NCBI GenBank assembly: GCA_028534125.1
Contig: CM052817.1
Span: forward strand, 37,326,001-37,390,000
Reading direction: 5' to 3'
Length of the DNA: 64,000 bases
Source of the DNA: Lama glama
Taxonomy: Eukaryota
The position numbers and the translations under genes were made by a program. A model generated the notes under the pieces. It was not told the DNA's origin. It did no database searches and saw only the letters and a program-made list of their open reading frames with translations. Positions 62,406 to 64,000 of this stretch are shown here, one piece after another (position 1 is the first letter of the stretch; every line of letters begins with the position of its first letter).

Positions 62406-64000
62406 CCACTCATGCAGCCTCTCTGGAGAAGCTACTGTCACTCTCTCAAGGAAACAGTCGCAGGGTTACTTCCATGTTTTCAGAAAATCATTTTTCGTGA
62501 TATCTGTTTCATCACAACACTCCCAAATTTGACATGACTTTCGAGCCCAGCTATATGGCTCCTGCGAAATGCAAACGGTGATTTATTATCATGGTTGGTT
62601 TGGTTTTCTTTAGGAGTGTTTGGGGTTGAAATTCAATATCTGGGACCAGAGCATCTACCATTTTTCAGTGACTAAGCATAAGGATATTTTTTTTAAAGCA
62701 ATTTGAAGTAAACATTGAACTCCAGTCCTGTTTTTCACCCGATATTTTGGTACCATGAACCCTACAGTCCCCCACAATGATTCACAAGTCACGTGAAAAC
62801 GTCATTTTCATCCTTCAGAAAAGATGGTGGTAGGAAGTTTGCAGAGCTACAGGTTAATGCTACTGAGCAACACGACTGGGTCACAGTAATACAGTTACTG
62901 ATGGTGGTGACATCAAGGACAATCATTTTATGACTAGGAAGTGATTTTAGAATACGAACTAACTTGGCTGAAACAATTTCAACTCACAGAATTTCTCTCT
63001 CCTCCCTCACTTCAACAAATGTATAGTTGCAAGGGGTCAACCATATATGTAGGTTATAGATTTCCAACAACCTCAGATAAGTGGATCACAGCTGAGAGAC
63101 CAACATAAAATAATAAATCAAGAAACACTGTCGACCCAAACAATTTTCCTAACACTCATACATTTATTCTCAGAGTTAAGTCAAGGTCCTGGGAAATTCA
63201 CTGGTTTTGGACAGCTTCCTACAGCCTACATGCGATACTTAAGCCCTAGGTTTTCAACCAACTTTGATGACGTCTATAGCACATTACCCAAGACATCTTT
63301 GGCAAGCACCTCCTTGCACTCTCCCCACTCACGGCTGGTGGCTAGCAGTTTTGTTTCATGGACAGCAGCCTCTCTGAGCCCAGCCTGAAACTGCTCTCGG
63401 GGAGCCTGGGGTTTCAAGAAATTGTGCTGTACACACGCTCTGGTGTACAGTTCTCTGAAGATGGATCCCATGGCCATGTGTTTTGTTCATACCTCTCTGA
63501 TGTCAACAGCTAGCCAAGACTCTTTGGATATTACCAAAGCAGGGGTGCCAGTGCCCCCCAACCCCACCTCCACCCCGAAGGGGTCCTGCTGCCTTTCACA
63601 ACTCATGCAGTCTAAAGTGCTAAATCTTTACTACGCTACAATGGTTACTGCCTCCGGTTTCCACATGGGTATTAGTTATCCCCTCTTCAGGAATGAGGAC
63701 TTCCACATGGAGGACTGGCTGTCAGCCAAGTCTGACTCAGTCCAGTCTATAAATTGTTGTCAAGCCCCTGGCAGACCCTTGGCTCAAGGTTCAGAACTGT
63801 TGTGTTCAGACCCTGCTAGGGAGGGGGCAAGTGATCAGGAGAAAAGCACAGAGCAGCTTCCTAGGGTCAATCAGGTCAATCGGCGCCAGCCCTGGAGTTC
63901 CTGCCCCCAGAGGTGCACGGATTAAATAAAGCCTTGTCCACAAGCAACACCACTGCTTGCACATAACAGTGTAAGACCAGGAGAAGGAAAACAAGAGGGA

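Noticed and set aside
20902..62795. Three GTCACGTG (USF/TFE-type E-box) motifs at 20902, 43488 and 62788
   Set aside because: Widely scattered and not clustered at the promoter. They cannot be distinguished from chance without ChIP or conservation data.
63422..63925. 167-aa plus-strand ORF
   Set aside because: Non-ATG start in the track, no recognisable homology, and antisense within a presumed AFF1 intron. Consistent with chance.
1..64000. CRISPR array, operon or other prokaryote-type system
   Set aside because: The sequence is mammalian intron/exon DNA, with no regularly spaced repeat-spacer array and no dense gene cluster.

Overview
Mammalian genomic DNA, probably from a camelid, judged from five copies of a tRNA-derived SINE resembling camelid Vic-1. 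The window lies inside the 5' part of AFF1 (AF4, super elongation complex scaffold) on the minus strand. Three coding exons can be read with canonical splice sites and consistent phases: an alternative first exon in a CpG island (49526-49542, MAAQS/S), a 121-nt exon (18096-18216) and a 924-nt exon (16785-17708). Together they encode the N-terminal ~354 aa, including the Cyclin T1-binding segment and the SIAH degron PTAYVRP. The rest is intron, filled with L1, L2, MIR, SINE, LTR and hAT/Tigger relics, plus a 500-N gap. I find no convincing new multi-gene system. The most interesting observations are: (1) an in-frame uORF whose TGA directly abuts the AFF1 ATG-ATG start, with a second nested uORF; (2) an inverted SINE pair about 3.5 kb either side of the two exons that match human circAFF1; (3) a 35-nt U2 snRNA retrocopy with a target-site duplication (TSD); (4) an L1-retroposed, polyadenylated LTR fragment; (5) a solo ERV1-type LTR carrying a PBX/MEIS motif fused to a (TCAA)7 array; (6) an L1 with a nested copy of its own 3' segment; (7) a 20-bp hairpin that pairs fully only in the AFF1-sense RNA; (8) a possible in-frame 57-nt cassette exon. 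Repeat family names and most repeat boundaries come from visual recognition and are approximate.
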